Below, piece after piece: positions 28,554-39,015 of a stretch of 64,000 nucleotides of DNA. Made by a program: the position numbers and the translations under genes. The notes beneath the pieces were generated by a model. The model was not told the origin of the DNA. It searched no databases and saw only the letters and a program-made list of their open reading frames with translations. Source of the stretch: an uncultured Phycisphaerales bacterium (GTDB lineage: Bacteria; Planctomycetota; Phycisphaerae; Tepidisphaerales; Tepidisphaeraceae); the NCBI GenBank assembly GCA_963758525.1, contig CAVWVQ010000003.1, forward strand, positions 3,808,001-3,872,000. Reading direction: 5' to 3'. Numbering within the stretch: position 1 is the first letter of the stretch; every line of letters starts with the position of its first letter.

Positions 28554-29240
28554 ATGAACGGCCAACCTCCGCGGTACCGAATCAGCGCGGCGGCTGCGCT
28601 CACTCTCGGTGCGATCCTCCTCGCGTTTCTTTTCCTCCAGCTCTGCGCCGCCGGCGTTGGCGGCTGGTCTGTGCTCTTCCACGACCCCGTTCGGCGGGAC
28701 GCCGCGATCGCGCTCCTCGCGCTCGCCGCGCTCACGCCGCTTTGCGGCTGCCATGTCGGCCCGGGGTCGCAAAAGGATCACGCCAACGACTGGGTGCTGT
28801 TCGCCCTCCTGGTCGGCGGCCTCTCGCTCGGCTACTTCTCCGCGCGCTCCGACCGCACCGGCTTTCTCACGCTCGGCCGCGAACCTCTTCGCTATGCCGG
28901 CCTGCTCCTGTTCCTCACCGGCTCGGTCCTGCGAGTTCTCGCCATCCGCACCCTCGGCAGCCGATTCACCATTTGGGTCGCTATCCAGGAAGGGCACGAA
29001 CTGGTCACCGACAGACTCTACCGCCGCCTCCGTCATCCCAGCTACTCCGGCGCCATCCTCACTCTCCTGGGCTGGGCCCTCGTCTACCGCAGTGCCGCCG
29101 GGGTGCTCATCGCCATCGCCATGGGGCTGTTGCTTATCTCCAGAATCGAAGCCGAAGAACGCCTCTTGCTCGCAGAATTTCCACTGGCCTACGCCCAGTA
29201 CATCCAGCAGAGTTGGCGCCTCTGCCCGTTTGTATATTGA
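28554..29240 (+). CDS. Isoprenylcysteine carboxylmethyltransferase (ICMT/PEMT) family protein
   Basis: HELVTDRLYRRLRHPSYSG, RIEAEERLL and multiple TMs. Confidence 0.88.
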   Translation: MNGQPPRYRISAAAALTLGAILLAFLFLQLCAAGVGGWSVLFHDPVRRDAAIALLALAALTPLCGCHVGPGSQKDHANDWVLFALLVGGLSLGYFSARSDRTGFLTLGREPLRYAGLLLFLTGSVLRVLAIRTLGSRFTIWVAIQEGHELVTDRLYRRLRHPSYSGAILTLLGWALVYRSAAGVLIAIAMGLLLISRIEAEERLLLAEFPLAYAQYIQQSWRLCPFVY

Positions 29241-29279
29241 ATCATTTTGTCGCAGGATTCGTCCCCGCGCTTCACTCGA

Positions 29280-30185
29280 TCACGACGCGATTGCCTGCAC
29301 ATTGCCGTCAACGGTGACACGGTTTCGGCCGGAGCTCTTGGAGCGGTAAAGGCATTGATCGGCACGGACGAGCATCGCGCTGGGGTCCAGCGACGCTTCG
29401 GCGACGCCAAAGCTGCAGGTGATGGGGATATCGTGTTCACCGCACGTGAGCGTGGCCGCCGCGATTTCACTGCGGAGCCGCTCGGCGAGCATTCCCGAGC
29501 CGGCGGCGCCGACGCCAGGGCAGAGAATCGCAAACTCTTCCCCGCCGTACCGGCAGACAATGTCTTCGGCGCGACTGTGCTCCAGCAGGATGTTGGCCAG
29601 CAGTCGAAGCACCGCATCCCCGCTCGGGTGGCCGAAGCGGTCGTTGATTGACTTGAAGTGATCGACGTCCAGCATGACGCACGACAGCGCCTGATGCCGC
29701 CGCTGGACCGATCCCACTTCTTCGGCAAGCCGACGGTCAAGATGCGCGCGGTTCCACAGGCCCGTCAGCCCGTCCATCTGAGCGTTCTGCGCGAGCAGAT
29801 CGAGAAGGAATTTCGTTCGCAGCGAGGTGCGCACGCGGGCCCGCAGCTCGGCGGGATCGAACGGTTTTGTGACGTAGTCGGCGGCGCCCAGGTTCAAGCC
29901 TTCGATTTTCCGCTGCGGCGACGACGCACCCGTCAGAAAAATCACGGGGATGATTTGCGTCGTCGAATCCTCTTTGAGCCGGCGGCAGACCTCAAATCCA
30001 TCGAGCCCCGGCATTTCCACGTCGAGGAGGATCACGTCCGGAAGCGTCGCGGCAGCGAGCTGCAGTCCCGATTCGCCGTCAAAGGCGAGGGAGATGTCGA
30101 CCGGCTCGTCGTGAAGGTGCTTTCTGAGAAACGCGTGCACCGTCCTGGAATCCTCGATGATCAGCAGCTTCTGTCGCGATTTCAT
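29280..30185 (-). CDS. Response regulator diguanylate cyclase (REC-GGDEF, WspR/PleD-like)
   Basis: REC with LIIED, LLDVEMP and KPF. DGLTGLWNR, I-site RAED and RYGGEEF. Confidence 0.95.
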   Translation of the reverse strand: MKSRQKLLIIEDSRTVHAFLRKHLHDEPVDISLAFDGESGLQLAAATLPDVILLDVEMPGLDGFEVCRRLKEDSTTQIIPVIFLTGASSPQRKIEGLNLGAADYVTKPFDPAELRARVRTSLRTKFLLDLLAQNAQMDGLTGLWNRAHLDRRLAEEVGSVQRRHQALSCVMLDVDHFKSINDRFGHPSGDAVLRLLANILLEHSRAEDIVCRYGGEEFAILCPGVGAAGSGMLAERLRSEIAAATLTCGEHDIPITCSFGVAEASLDPSAMLVRADQCLYRSKSSGRNRVTVDGNVQAIAS

Positions 30186-30189
30186 GGAC

Positions 30190-31374
30190 TTACCTTCTTT
30201 CGGTCTGCCGGCGCTTCTGCCGGCCGGGCGCGGGGATGACCTGCGCCATTTCTATCATCGCGCGGGCGATCTGATCCAACGGAAGCACCCGCTCCACCGC
30301 CCCCAGTGCGATCGCTGCGCCAGGCATTCCAAACACCGCGCAGCTTGCCTTGTCCTGGGCGATGGTGCGTCCGCCCGCTTCACGAATGCAACGCAGTCCT
30401 GCCGCGCCGTCATCGCCCATGCCGGTGAGCAGAGCCGCTATCGCATTGGCCCCGGCGTGCTGCGCCAGGGATTGAAAAAGCGCGTCTGCGCTGGGCCGGT
30501 GATGCGATACCGGGGGATCATCGGAAAGACGAACGCAGTAACCGTCCGAAGAGCGAACCACGCGCATGTGGCGACCCCCGGGCGCAATCAACACGTGCCC
30601 TGCCAGCGCCAGGTCCCCATCGGCAGCCTCTTTCACTCTCACCCGGCAGGTATCCGCAAGCCGTTCCGCGAAGGAGGCGGTAAATGGCGCGGGCATGTGC
30701 TGAACGACCACCGTCGGCGGCGCATTGGCCGGGAGCGCGGCAAGCAGTCGCATCAACGCGCTGACTCCGCCGGTCGAAGCTGCCAGTGCCATCAGACTCG
30801 CAGGATTGCATCGCGACAGCATCAACGGCGCGGAATCGTGCGGCGCATCCGCTGATCCCGCGTTTGCGGATCCGCAACCCGCGCCTTCAAAGCGAACCGC
30901 GGCGGCGGCTCTTACTGCCGCAATCAGCCGCGGGCCGATCTCCGACATCCCTCCCGAAAGGCTCGGCTTCTCGAGCACTTCAACGGCGCCGGCGGCCATC
31001 GCCTCCACGGCCGCTCGCGTTCCAGCGGCGGTGATGCTGCTGAGGATCACCACCGGAGTCGGGCAATGGACCATCAGGCGCTTCAGGAAGGTAATTCCAT
31101 CCATCCGCGGCATCTCAACATCCAATGTCAGAACGTCGGGTTGAAGCTGAAGAATCAGGTCGCGGGCCGCATAGGCGTCGGGCGCGGTTCCGACCACCTC
31201 AATCTCCGGATCGCGCGAAAGCATCCGGGTCAGTGCGTGCCGCACCAGCGACGAGTCATCCACGATCAGTACGCGGACAGGGCCGCGGGTGCGCGGTGCG
31301 CCAGGCACGAGCGTCCAGGGCGACGTTGCCGCCGCGGCGGCAGAAGGTTGCGATGATTCCCCAACGCGCATCAA
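30190..31374 (-). CDS. cheB: Chemotaxis methylesterase CheB
   Basis: REC domain plus ASTGG, QHMP and TGMGDDGA catalytic motifs. Confidence 0.95.
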   Translation of the reverse strand: MMRVGESSQPSAAAAATSPWTLVPGAPRTRGPVRVLIVDDSSLVRHALTRMLSRDPEIEVVGTAPDAYAARDLILQLQPDVLTLDVEMPRMDGITFLKRLMVHCPTPVVILSSITAAGTRAAVEAMAAGAVEVLEKPSLSGGMSEIGPRLIAAVRAAAAVRFEGAGCGSANAGSADAPHDSAPLMLSRCNPASLMALAASTGGVSALMRLLAALPANAPPTVVVQHMPAPFTASFAERLADTCRVRVKEAADGDLALAGHVLIAPGGRHMRVVRSSDGYCVRLSDDPPVSHHRPSADALFQSLAQHAGANAIAALLTGMGDDGAAGLRCIREAGGRTIAQDKASCAVFGMPGAAIALGAVERVLPLDQIARAMIEMAQVIPAPGRQKRRQTERR

Positions 31375-31382
31375 CGGTTACC

Positions 31383-32267
31383 TCATTTGCAATAAATGGT
31401 CGGCTCGACGTACCGGAAACGATGGTCAAATCCCGTGAGCGATTCCGCGTGCCCGGTGAACAGGAGTCCGCCTGGCCGCAGGTGATTCCAGAATCGGTGC
31501 ACGAGAGATTCCTGCGTCGGGCGATCGAAATAGATCATGACGTTGCGGCAGAAGATGAGGTCAAACGTTCCGGTGAAAGGCCATTCCGCGATCAGATTGA
31601 GCCGTCGAAATACCACCAGCTCCCGAACCGCCGGCGTAATTGTCATTCGCGCGTCATCGACAGAGCCCGACGGAGCGAAGCCGATCGCCCGGCAACTGCT
31701 GGGTACGTCGCGGAGGCTCTCCAGCGGATAGAGAGCTGCGCTGGCCGCGTTCAGGGCGCGCGTGGAGATATCCGTCGCGAGGATTTTCGCGTTCCATTGA
31801 CGACGTTCTGCTCCGAGCACTTCCAGGAGCGTCATCGCCAGGGAATAAGGTTCTTCGCCGGAAGAACACCCAGCGCTCCAGGCGCATATGCGCCGATTTC
31901 CCGCCCGGCTCTTTTGTGCGATCAGTTGGGGAAGAAACCGATTTGCCAGAAACTCGAAGTGTCTGGCCTCGCGGAAAAAACCGGTGAGGTTGGTGCTGAG
32001 CGAGTCGACCATCTGGATCAATCGGCGACCTGATGCGTCCGCAAGCACGTGGCGCAGGTATTCTCCCACGCCGCGAAAACCGCCCGCCCGAATCGGGGCG
32101 GCAAGCCGGGCCTGTACAAGGTCTTTCTTCCCGCTGTGCAGGTTGATGCCGCAGTGAGTGCGCACGACTTCGCTAAGCTCGGAATAATCCCGCTCATTGC
32201 AGTCGAGCGGATCTCGCGGGAACAGTTGTGGCGACAATGGAATCGCTTCCTCACTGACCATGTTCAT
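31383..32267 (-). CDS. cheR: Chemotaxis methyltransferase CheR
   Basis: TNLTGFFRE, WSAGCSSGEEPYS, FCRNVMIYF and GHAES. Confidence 0.95.
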   Translation of the reverse strand: MNMVSEEAIPLSPQLFPRDPLDCNERDYSELSEVVRTHCGINLHSGKKDLVQARLAAPIRAGGFRGVGEYLRHVLADASGRRLIQMVDSLSTNLTGFFREARHFEFLANRFLPQLIAQKSRAGNRRICAWSAGCSSGEEPYSLAMTLLEVLGAERRQWNAKILATDISTRALNAASAALYPLESLRDVPSSCRAIGFAPSGSVDDARMTITPAVRELVVFRRLNLIAEWPFTGTFDLIFCRNVMIYFDRPTQESLVHRFWNHLRPGGLLFTGHAESLTGFDHRFRYVEPTIYCK

Positions 32268-32273
32268 CTTGTT

Positions 32274-33884
32274 TCATGCGGCATTGTTGAATTCACTGAA
32301 ATCCTGCGGCCCTGCCGCGGGGTCGCCATCCAGCGGGAAGGTCTTCGGTGCATTGGCACCATGACTCGGCGTTCGCGAGCGACTGGCGGCGGCGGATCGT
32401 TGTCCGGGACGCGCCGTCAAGACGCTTCGAGGATGCCTTCTCTCGCCATAGGCAGCCGCGCTCGATCCGCCGACGAGGCTGATCAGTTCGCGCACGACGT
32501 TTCTCAAATTCTCCGCCTGGCTCGTCAGTTCCTCCGCGGCGGAGGCGGATTCTTCGGCGGCAGAGGCGTTGGCCTGGGTCACCTGGTCCATCTGACCGAC
32601 CGCAACGTTCACCTGCTGAATCGCCTGCGTCTGCTCCTGACTGGCGGCTGAGATCTCGTTCACAAGATCGTTGAGCCGCGTCGACTCCACCGTGATCTCG
32701 TCCAGTGATTTGGCAACCTCGCCGCAGATCGCCGCGCCGTTGCGAGCGCTGCCGGTGGAGTCCTCGATCAGCGCGGCCGTCTCTTTGGCCGCGCCGGCCG
32801 AGCGCATCGCAAGATTGCGCACTTCCTCGGCCACCACCGCGAAACCTCTGCCCGCCTCCCCGGCGCGGGCCGCTTCGACGGCAGCATTCAACGCCAGCAG
32901 ATTCGTCTGAAATGCGATCTCGTCGATGGTCCGGAGAATCTTTCCCGTCTTGACGCTCGAGGCGAGAATCGCCTCGATGGCCGACAGCATCCGCGCCATC
33001 GTTTCGTTGCTGCGTCCCGCCGCCTGCTTTGCCTGCGAAGCCGCCTTGGCGGCTTTCAATGTTGTTTCAGAGTTCCGCACCGTCATCGACCCCATCTGCC
33101 TCAGCGCGCTGGTGGTCTCTTCCAAAGCCGTCGCCTGCTCCGTGGCGCCCTGTGCCAGGGACTGGCTGGAACCCGACAACTGGGACGCGGCTGATGCCAC
33201 CTGGGCGCTTCCTTCGCCGAGCGTATCCGCCATCCGGGTCAGGGCGGTCTTGATCGCCCGGCAGATCAGATATCCCAGAACCGTCGCCGCCAGAATTGCG
33301 GCAATCACGCCCCACAGCAGCCCCGCGCGCGCCGTGTTGAGCGCTGTCTGAATCTCTTTCGCCGCGTCTGCCGCGTCCGCCTCGTTGAAATCCGTGAGAG
33401 CGCTGGTTGCGGTGTGCAACTTCTGAAACAGCGGATCCAGTTCACTTGCCATCAGGGCCGCGGCCTCCACCGGTTTATTCTGACGGCTCAACGTCAGCAC
33501 CGGTTGCCGCGCCTTCCAGTAGGCATCGCGCGCCGCGAGGATCTGGTTGTAGATTTCGCGCTCGGCAGCGCTGGAGACCACGGCAGAATAATCGTTCAGC
33601 AACTTCTCGCACGATTGCCGCAGGGATTCCATGTCCTGCTCCAATGCCTGCTTCTGCGCCGGGTCGGATGCGATGATGTGCTGCAGAAGGCGTTTGTCCG
33701 CCTGACCCACGATGGATTCGATTTTGTCTCCGAGAATGACGCTGGGGAGCGCATCGCCGGTGACGCGCTCGCTGTTGCGCGAGATCGCCTGCATGCAACT
33801 GTAAGCAACGATCCCCAGGCCCGCGGTGATTGTCACCGCGAGCGTGAAGCCGAGTCCGACTTTTTTGCCAATGGTCATGGTCAT
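32274..33884 (-). CDS. Methyl-accepting chemotaxis protein with four-helix periplasmic sensor
   Basis: Two TMs and [37 protein letters not shown] 33884 overlaps the cheW stop. Confidence 0.95.
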   Translation of the reverse strand: MTMTIGKKVGLGFTLAVTITAGLGIVAYSCMQAISRNSERVTGDALPSVILGDKIESIVGQADKRLLQHIIASDPAQKQALEQDMESLRQSCEKLLNDYSAVVSSAAEREIYNQILAARDAYWKARQPVLTLSRQNKPVEAAALMASELDPLFQKLHTATSALTDFNEADAADAAKEIQTALNTARAGLLWGVIAAILAATVLGYLICRAIKTALTRMADTLGEGSAQVASAASQLSGSSQSLAQGATEQATALEETTSALRQMGSMTVRNSETTLKAAKAASQAKQAAGRSNETMARMLSAIEAILASSVKTGKILRTIDEIAFQTNLLALNAAVEAARAGEAGRGFAVVAEEVRNLAMRSAGAAKETAALIEDSTGSARNGAAICGEVAKSLDEITVESTRLNDLVNEISAASQEQTQAIQQVNVAVGQMDQVTQANASAAEESASAAEELTSQAENLRNVVRELISLVGGSSAAAYGERRHPRSVLTARPGQRSAAASRSRTPSHGANAPKTFPLDGDPAAGPQDFSEFNNAA

Positions 33885-34369
33885 GGTGTCTCCGAAGCAA
33901 ATAAATGATCCGCGTCCAGCAACACTTTTACCGATTGTCCGCTCCGCGCGATGCCCAGGATGTAGCTGGGCGGCGCCGCCGCGCCCAGGGCGGGCGCCTC
34001 TTCCACGTCTTGTGCTGGGATGGTCAGCACCTCGCAGACGGAGTCGACCAGCAGCCCGGTCTTCACCGTCCCGGCGGCGCGGGCAATTTCCACGATGATG
34101 ATGCACGTTTTGTCCGACCGTGCCGCGGGCGTCATGCCGAACACCTGACGCAGATCGGTCACCGCGATCACCTGTCCGCGCAGATTAATCACCCCGCCAA
34201 CGTTCGCTGCCGCGCCAGGCACGGGAGTGACGTGCAGATATTGAATGATTTCGCGCACCTTGAGGATCGGGAGCCCGTATTCCTCGGAGCCGAGGGTGAA
34301 CGTGAGGTACTTGCCCGCGGCCGCGCCGAACTTCTGGGGCATCGTTGCCACGCTGGATGAGTGATTCAC
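33881..34369 (-). CDS. cheW: Chemotaxis coupling protein CheW
   Basis: [22 protein letters not shown] and GLLVDSV. Confidence 0.95.
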   Translation of the reverse strand: MNHSSSVATMPQKFGAAAGKYLTFTLGSEEYGLPILKVREIIQYLHVTPVPGAAANVGGVINLRGQVIAVTDLRQVFGMTPAARSDKTCIIIVEIARAAGTVKTGLLVDSVCEVLTIPAQDVEEAPALGAAAPPSYILGIARSGQSVKVLLDADHLFASETP

Positions 34370-36182
34370 GCGTGAACTCCTTGCAATGTGTCACAGTTTG
34401 ACGTGGCGCGGCTCGCCCGCCGGATGTTTTGCCGCTGCACACCTGCCCGCTGAATAAGTCCCGGCACGTCCAGCACCAGGGCAATTCGCCCATCTCCCAG
34501 CACAGTGCCTCCGCAAATACCGGGCGTGTTTCCGACCAGCGCGCCCATCGGTTTGAGAACAACCTGCTGCTGCCCAAGCAGCGCATCCACCAGCAAACAG
34601 TACCGGTGCTGCCCATCGCGCACGACCACGCCAATGGCGCCGGGGCGATTCACCGCCTCGGCGGCGACGCCAAAGAGCTGATCCAGCCGCACGACCGGAA
34701 TTGGTTTGCCGCGAACCAGGCACATTTCCCCGGCTCCGGGTGCATGGAACAATTGATCGGGCTTCGATTGAACGCTTTCTTCGATGGTCGTGATCGGCAG
34801 CAGATATCGCTCGGGCCCCACGCCAACGGCCAGCGTATCGATCACCGCCAGCGTCAGGGGAAGCCGCACTTTGAACGACGTGCCGGCGCCGTGCACGGAA
34901 TGGATGTCGATTCTTCCGCGCAGGGCTTCGACATTCCGCCTGACCACGTCCATGCCGACGCCGCGCCGGAAATCTCCGTCACGTCGCGGGCCGTGGACAG
35001 ACCCGCATGAAACACGAATGCCCAGACGTCCTGATCGTCCGGCTCGTCACTCTGCTCGACCAACCCCGCGTCCCGAGCCTTGGCGAGAATACGCTCGCGA
35101 TCCAGCCCTCTGCCGTCGTCGCTGATTTCGATGAGAATTTCTCCTGCTTCGTGGCGTGCAGCGAAAGCGACTGTTCCGGCCCGCGGTTTTCCCAGCCGCA
35201 TGCGATCCGCCGGCGATTCAATCCCGTGGTCGATCGCGTTGCGGATCATGTGAAGCAGCGGATCGCCAACGGCTTCGATGAGCTTCCGATCGAGTTCGGT
35301 GTCGGCTCCGCTGATCTTCAGTTCAATTTCCTTCTCCATTTTGCGGCCCATGTCGCGAGCGGCGCGTGCCATCCTTTGAAACGTGGCGCGGATCGGAACC
35401 ATCCGCATGGCAACCGACAGGTCATACAGTTCGCGCGTCGTCCGGCCCAGGTGCGCCAATCGCTGCACCATCACCGGATTGCTTGACGAGCCCTCCTGCG
35501 CCTCGCGCACCATCAATTCAGCCACCACAAGTTCCCCAACGAGATTCATCAGCGCGTCGAGGCGTTGCGTCTTGATTCTGACGATGGAGTCGACGCCCGC
35601 CGGCGATGACTCGACAGCATCGAATTGACGTTGTGCGCCAACCGGTTTCCCCAATTTGTTTAGCGGCTGCCCTCCGGGCAGCGCGCATTGCTCCGTTGTC
35701 GATTCTCGTTGTTGGGCGGATTGAAGGTCGAGTGGTTCGAGCCGTGCGCAACGCTTCAGGCGCGACAGCAGGTCAGGCACGGCCGGGTCATCCGAAGGCA
35801 ATTCGCCGCCAGAGCGAACCACCTCCAGGGCGCCGACCAGAGAACGAACGCGGTCGGTCGCCTCCAGCACCAGATCCATCGCGGGACCAACCAGTTCCAA
35901 CCGGCGATGTCGGGCCTGTTCCAGAACCTCTTCGGCGACGTGCGCCAGTTCCCCGAGCTGACGCAGGCCCACAAATCCTGCCCCGCCTTTGACAGTGTGG
36001 AATCCGCGAAAGATCGCGTTGATGCTGCTGTCATCCCCGGGCGACGTTTCGAGCTTGAGCGCCGCCGCTTCGATCGAATTCACGTGCTCGATCGCTTCGG
36101 CGATGAACTCGCCCAGAAGGGCCAATTCGTCCTCGCCCATCGGGCGCGACGGCTGTCGGTCTGCGCTTGTCGACTCCGACAT
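34366..36182 (-). CDS. cheA: Chemotaxis histidine kinase CheA; frameshift near 34965
   Basis: HPt FHTVKG, LMNLVGELV, HMIRNAIDHG, DDGRG, SG/RGVGMDVV across the shift, and a C-terminal CheW domain. Confidence 0.95.
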
Positions 36183-36815
36183 CAGTTGTGAAGGCCTGCC
36201 GAGGGGTCGCCCCCAAAATTGCAGCGAATTCCGATTCGCCACACCCCTACAGTCGGTATGTCTTGACACGGTATTTACCCCTATTCGTTTAATTTGGTCG
36301 CAAATTGGTCACACACCGGCCGCCGGGGGCGTGCGCCAATTTCCAGTCGCATTTTTGTTGTGGTGCGGCTTCCAGCCTGCAAACACAGCGTTGCAAAGGC
36401 AGCTCGCTCCTTTGGCCAGGAATTCGCCTCCCGCGCCCCGCGTATATCGGACGTTCTTCCCCCACTCATTCGGTCGCTGGCAGTTAAACGCTCCCCGATA
36501 CATCTGCGCGACACTCAAATCCGACTCCGATCTCTCCCAAAGTCGACGGATCCTCCGTCGGAAATGCCCCGCGTGTCGGAGCGCATCCTGCCTCCGTCTT
36601 TCATCATGCGACATCGCGCGACAGATTTTGCAGCGCCGCATGTCACACCCGTCGTGCAACTCCTTGCCCTGCCGCAGGATGTTCGCCAGCCTGGCGCGAC
36701 ACCGCGCGCAACAGTTGCGCGCCGTTTGCTGAAAACGGGGTTATCGCCACGCGCTCGCCGTGTACGATGCACCTCCTTCGCCGGTCTCCAGCCGCGCGAG
36801 CCCAAAAGAGTGATT

Positions 36816-36940
36816 GCGACGAAAAAACACAAACGACACAAAAAAAGAGAGCCTGGGGACGAGAGCAGCTTCCGATTCACTTCCTGCTCTTGCGCGTCGC
36901 CTCTCTCTTTCCCTTTTTGTGTTTCTGTGGTTTTTGTGGC
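36816..36940. repeat. Imperfect inverted repeat (CACAAA/TTTGTG type)
   Basis: GCGACGAAAAAACACAAACGACACAAAAA versus TTTTTGTGTTTCTGTGGTTTTTGTGGC. Confidence 0.65.
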
Positions 36941-37128
36941 CATTCGCTCATTGATTCCAACGCGCTCGGCCATGGTCTGCGTGCATCGTCAATGAAGTGC
37001 GCCTCGGTGCTGAACCTGCCGCTGTCCAGGCGGATCTGTTGCCATTGCGTCACGACATCTTTTTCGCTCGCCCCCGTGCGACATCGATTTGCCTCCGGTT
37101 TCTCCTCTGCCAACGATTCGGTCTGTTC

Positions 37129-38197
37129 GAGGCGTAGGGTCCGCTCGGCGGCTCCTAAGGTACGCCTCGAATGACCGAAAGTGTCGAGCCGCCGTGCGGA
37201 CCATTCCTCGACTTCCGCGAGGATCCTCGACGGCGCTCTCCGCCGTCCATGCTGAGCGACCCATTCGGCGGTTGTTTAACAAATTCCGCAAATGGCAATC
37301 CACCTCGATTGTGAATCTCCCAAAGCCGACGGATCCTCCGTCGGAACTGATCTGCGCCTGGGCATCTGGTGCTCTGGCCCAGGCGAACCGAGGATCTTTC
37401 CCGGTTCATGCAATGGATCACCACCACCCACGTGCGGCGATGGCGCGAGCACCGCAACAAAGCTGCGAGGGGACCGCGGCTTGCGGTTGGACCGGCGATC
37501 CGCGACGACGCGAAGCGACACCGGCGTGCCTTGGCGAAAAATGGCGTCACGCGAACGAAACTTGTCATGGGTCGAATCACCCGCGCTGACAGCATCGACT
37601 TCGCAACCGATCGCTCTCTGTCGCGGCGTGGGGGATGAAGCCCGATGGATTGCTTTGACGCAGAGGCGTAGGGTCCGCTCGGCGGCTCCTAAGGTACGCC
37701 TCGAATGACCGAAAGCGTCGAGCCGCCGTGCGGACCACTTCTCGACTTCCGCGAGAATCCTCGACCGCGCTCTCCGCTGTCCATGATGAGCTATGCAATC
37801 AACCTGTTTCTAACAGATTTCGCAGACTGCAATCCACCTCGATTGTGAATCTCCCAAAGCCGACGGATCCTCCGTCGGAACTGATCTGCGCCTGGGCATC
37901 TGGTGCTCTGGCCCAGGCGAACAGAGGATCTTTCCCGGTTCATGCAATGGATCACCACCACCCACGTGCGGCGATGACGCGAGCACTGCAACAAAATCGC
38001 GAGGGGACCGCGGCTTACGGTTGGACTGGCGATCCGCGACGACGCGAAGCGACACCGGCGTGCCTTGGCGAAAAACGGCGTCACACGAGCGAAACTTGTC
38101 TTGGGTCGAATCACCCGCGCTGACAGCATCGACTTCGCAACCGATCGCTCTCTGTCGCGGCGTGGGGGATGAAGCCCGATGGATTGCTTTGACGCAG
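37129..38197. repeat. Tandem duplication of a 534-bp composite unit of REP-like hairpins plus a transposase fragment
   Basis: Units start at 37129 and 37663 with GAGGCGTAGGGTCCGCTCGGCGGCTCC and end GGATTGCTTTGACGCA. They differ by scattered substitutions. Confidence 0.92.
37363..37455 (+). mobile_element. Fragment of a REP-associated tyrosine transposase (Y1/RAYT-like); second copy at 37897-37989
   Basis: HLVLWPRRTEDLSRFMQWITTTHVRRWREHR resembles the segment just after the HUH motif. Copy 2 carries an in-frame TGA. Confidence 0.7.
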
Positions 38198-38306
38198 CTT
38201 CGCCGGGGGGGCGGGCAGTCGCTTCGCGTCGTCGCGGACGTCGGGCTGCCGCCGCCTGCGGAGCAGAAAGCGTGCTATTGAAAGCGATCCATCTCGGCAG
38301 GTTCGT

Positions 38307-38849
38307 TCACAGTCCTGGGTACGCGGCGGTATCGGCGGCGATCGCCTTCCCCAGCGCCTCGCAGTCCGCTTCGCTGAGCCTGACGCCTTGCTTGTTGAGC
38401 AGATGGTGTTTGTCGACCACGGCGTAAGCTTCGGTGTAAATCTTCTTGCCCGCGGGGTCGGCGCCGATGCGGGAGAGCCCGACGCCGGATGCGCTGAGGT
38501 AGATGCTCTCGGCAATGTAGGCGACCGCCTCGTCGAGCCGACCGCCGATCGCGGACTGGCCCGACAGGTCCACGACCGCGTGCACACTCTCGTGAACGAT
38601 TCCCGAGCGGTCCAGCGCGTCGACGATCTTGTCACTGGAAAGAGCCATCTTTCGGATGGGCGCCGGGGAGTATCCCGCCGACAGCCTTCCGCCGGTGCTC
38701 CTGACCTCTACCTTGATGGTGCCGTTGCGCATCGCCGAGGCGACATCGCCGAGCTTGGCGGCGCTGACACTCAGCTTGCCGAGGTGGAAGTCTATCTTTT
38801 TCACGAGCGGCCCTGCCAGCACAGCTGTCACGTCGTCCACGATTGCCAT
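38307..38849 (-). CDS. Hypothetical protein with HExxH...E zinc-metallopeptidase-like motif
   Basis: IVHESVH followed by LDEAVAY. GGAGG upstream of the ATG, and strongly GC3-biased codons. Confidence 0.7.
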   Translation of the reverse strand: MAIVDDVTAVLAGPLVKKIDFHLGKLSVSAAKLGDVASAMRNGTIKVEVRSTGGRLSAGYSPAPIRKMALSSDKIVDALDRSGIVHESVHAVVDLSGQSAIGGRLDEAVAYIAESIYLSASGVGLSRIGADPAGKKIYTEAYAVVDKHHLLNKQGVRLSEADCEALGKAIAADTAAYPGL

Positions 38850-39015
38850 GGGAGTTCCCTCCGCTTGTGAGCTGGCGAAATCATACTTGGCGCTCCCGCT
38901 ATGTCCAATGGATGATCCTGGCCGACAATGGGGCGGCGAGCAATTGCGGATCGATCATTCCTCTGCTCAGAGGCTCCGGTGAACTCTTCGATCGCTCGGG
39001 GTTAAACTGCGCCCC

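Noticed and set aside
36300..38260. Possible CRISPR array or ncRNA array in the repeat zone
   Set aside because: Repeats are hundreds of bp apart, the intervening DNA is itself duplicated rather than unique spacers, and no cas genes are present.
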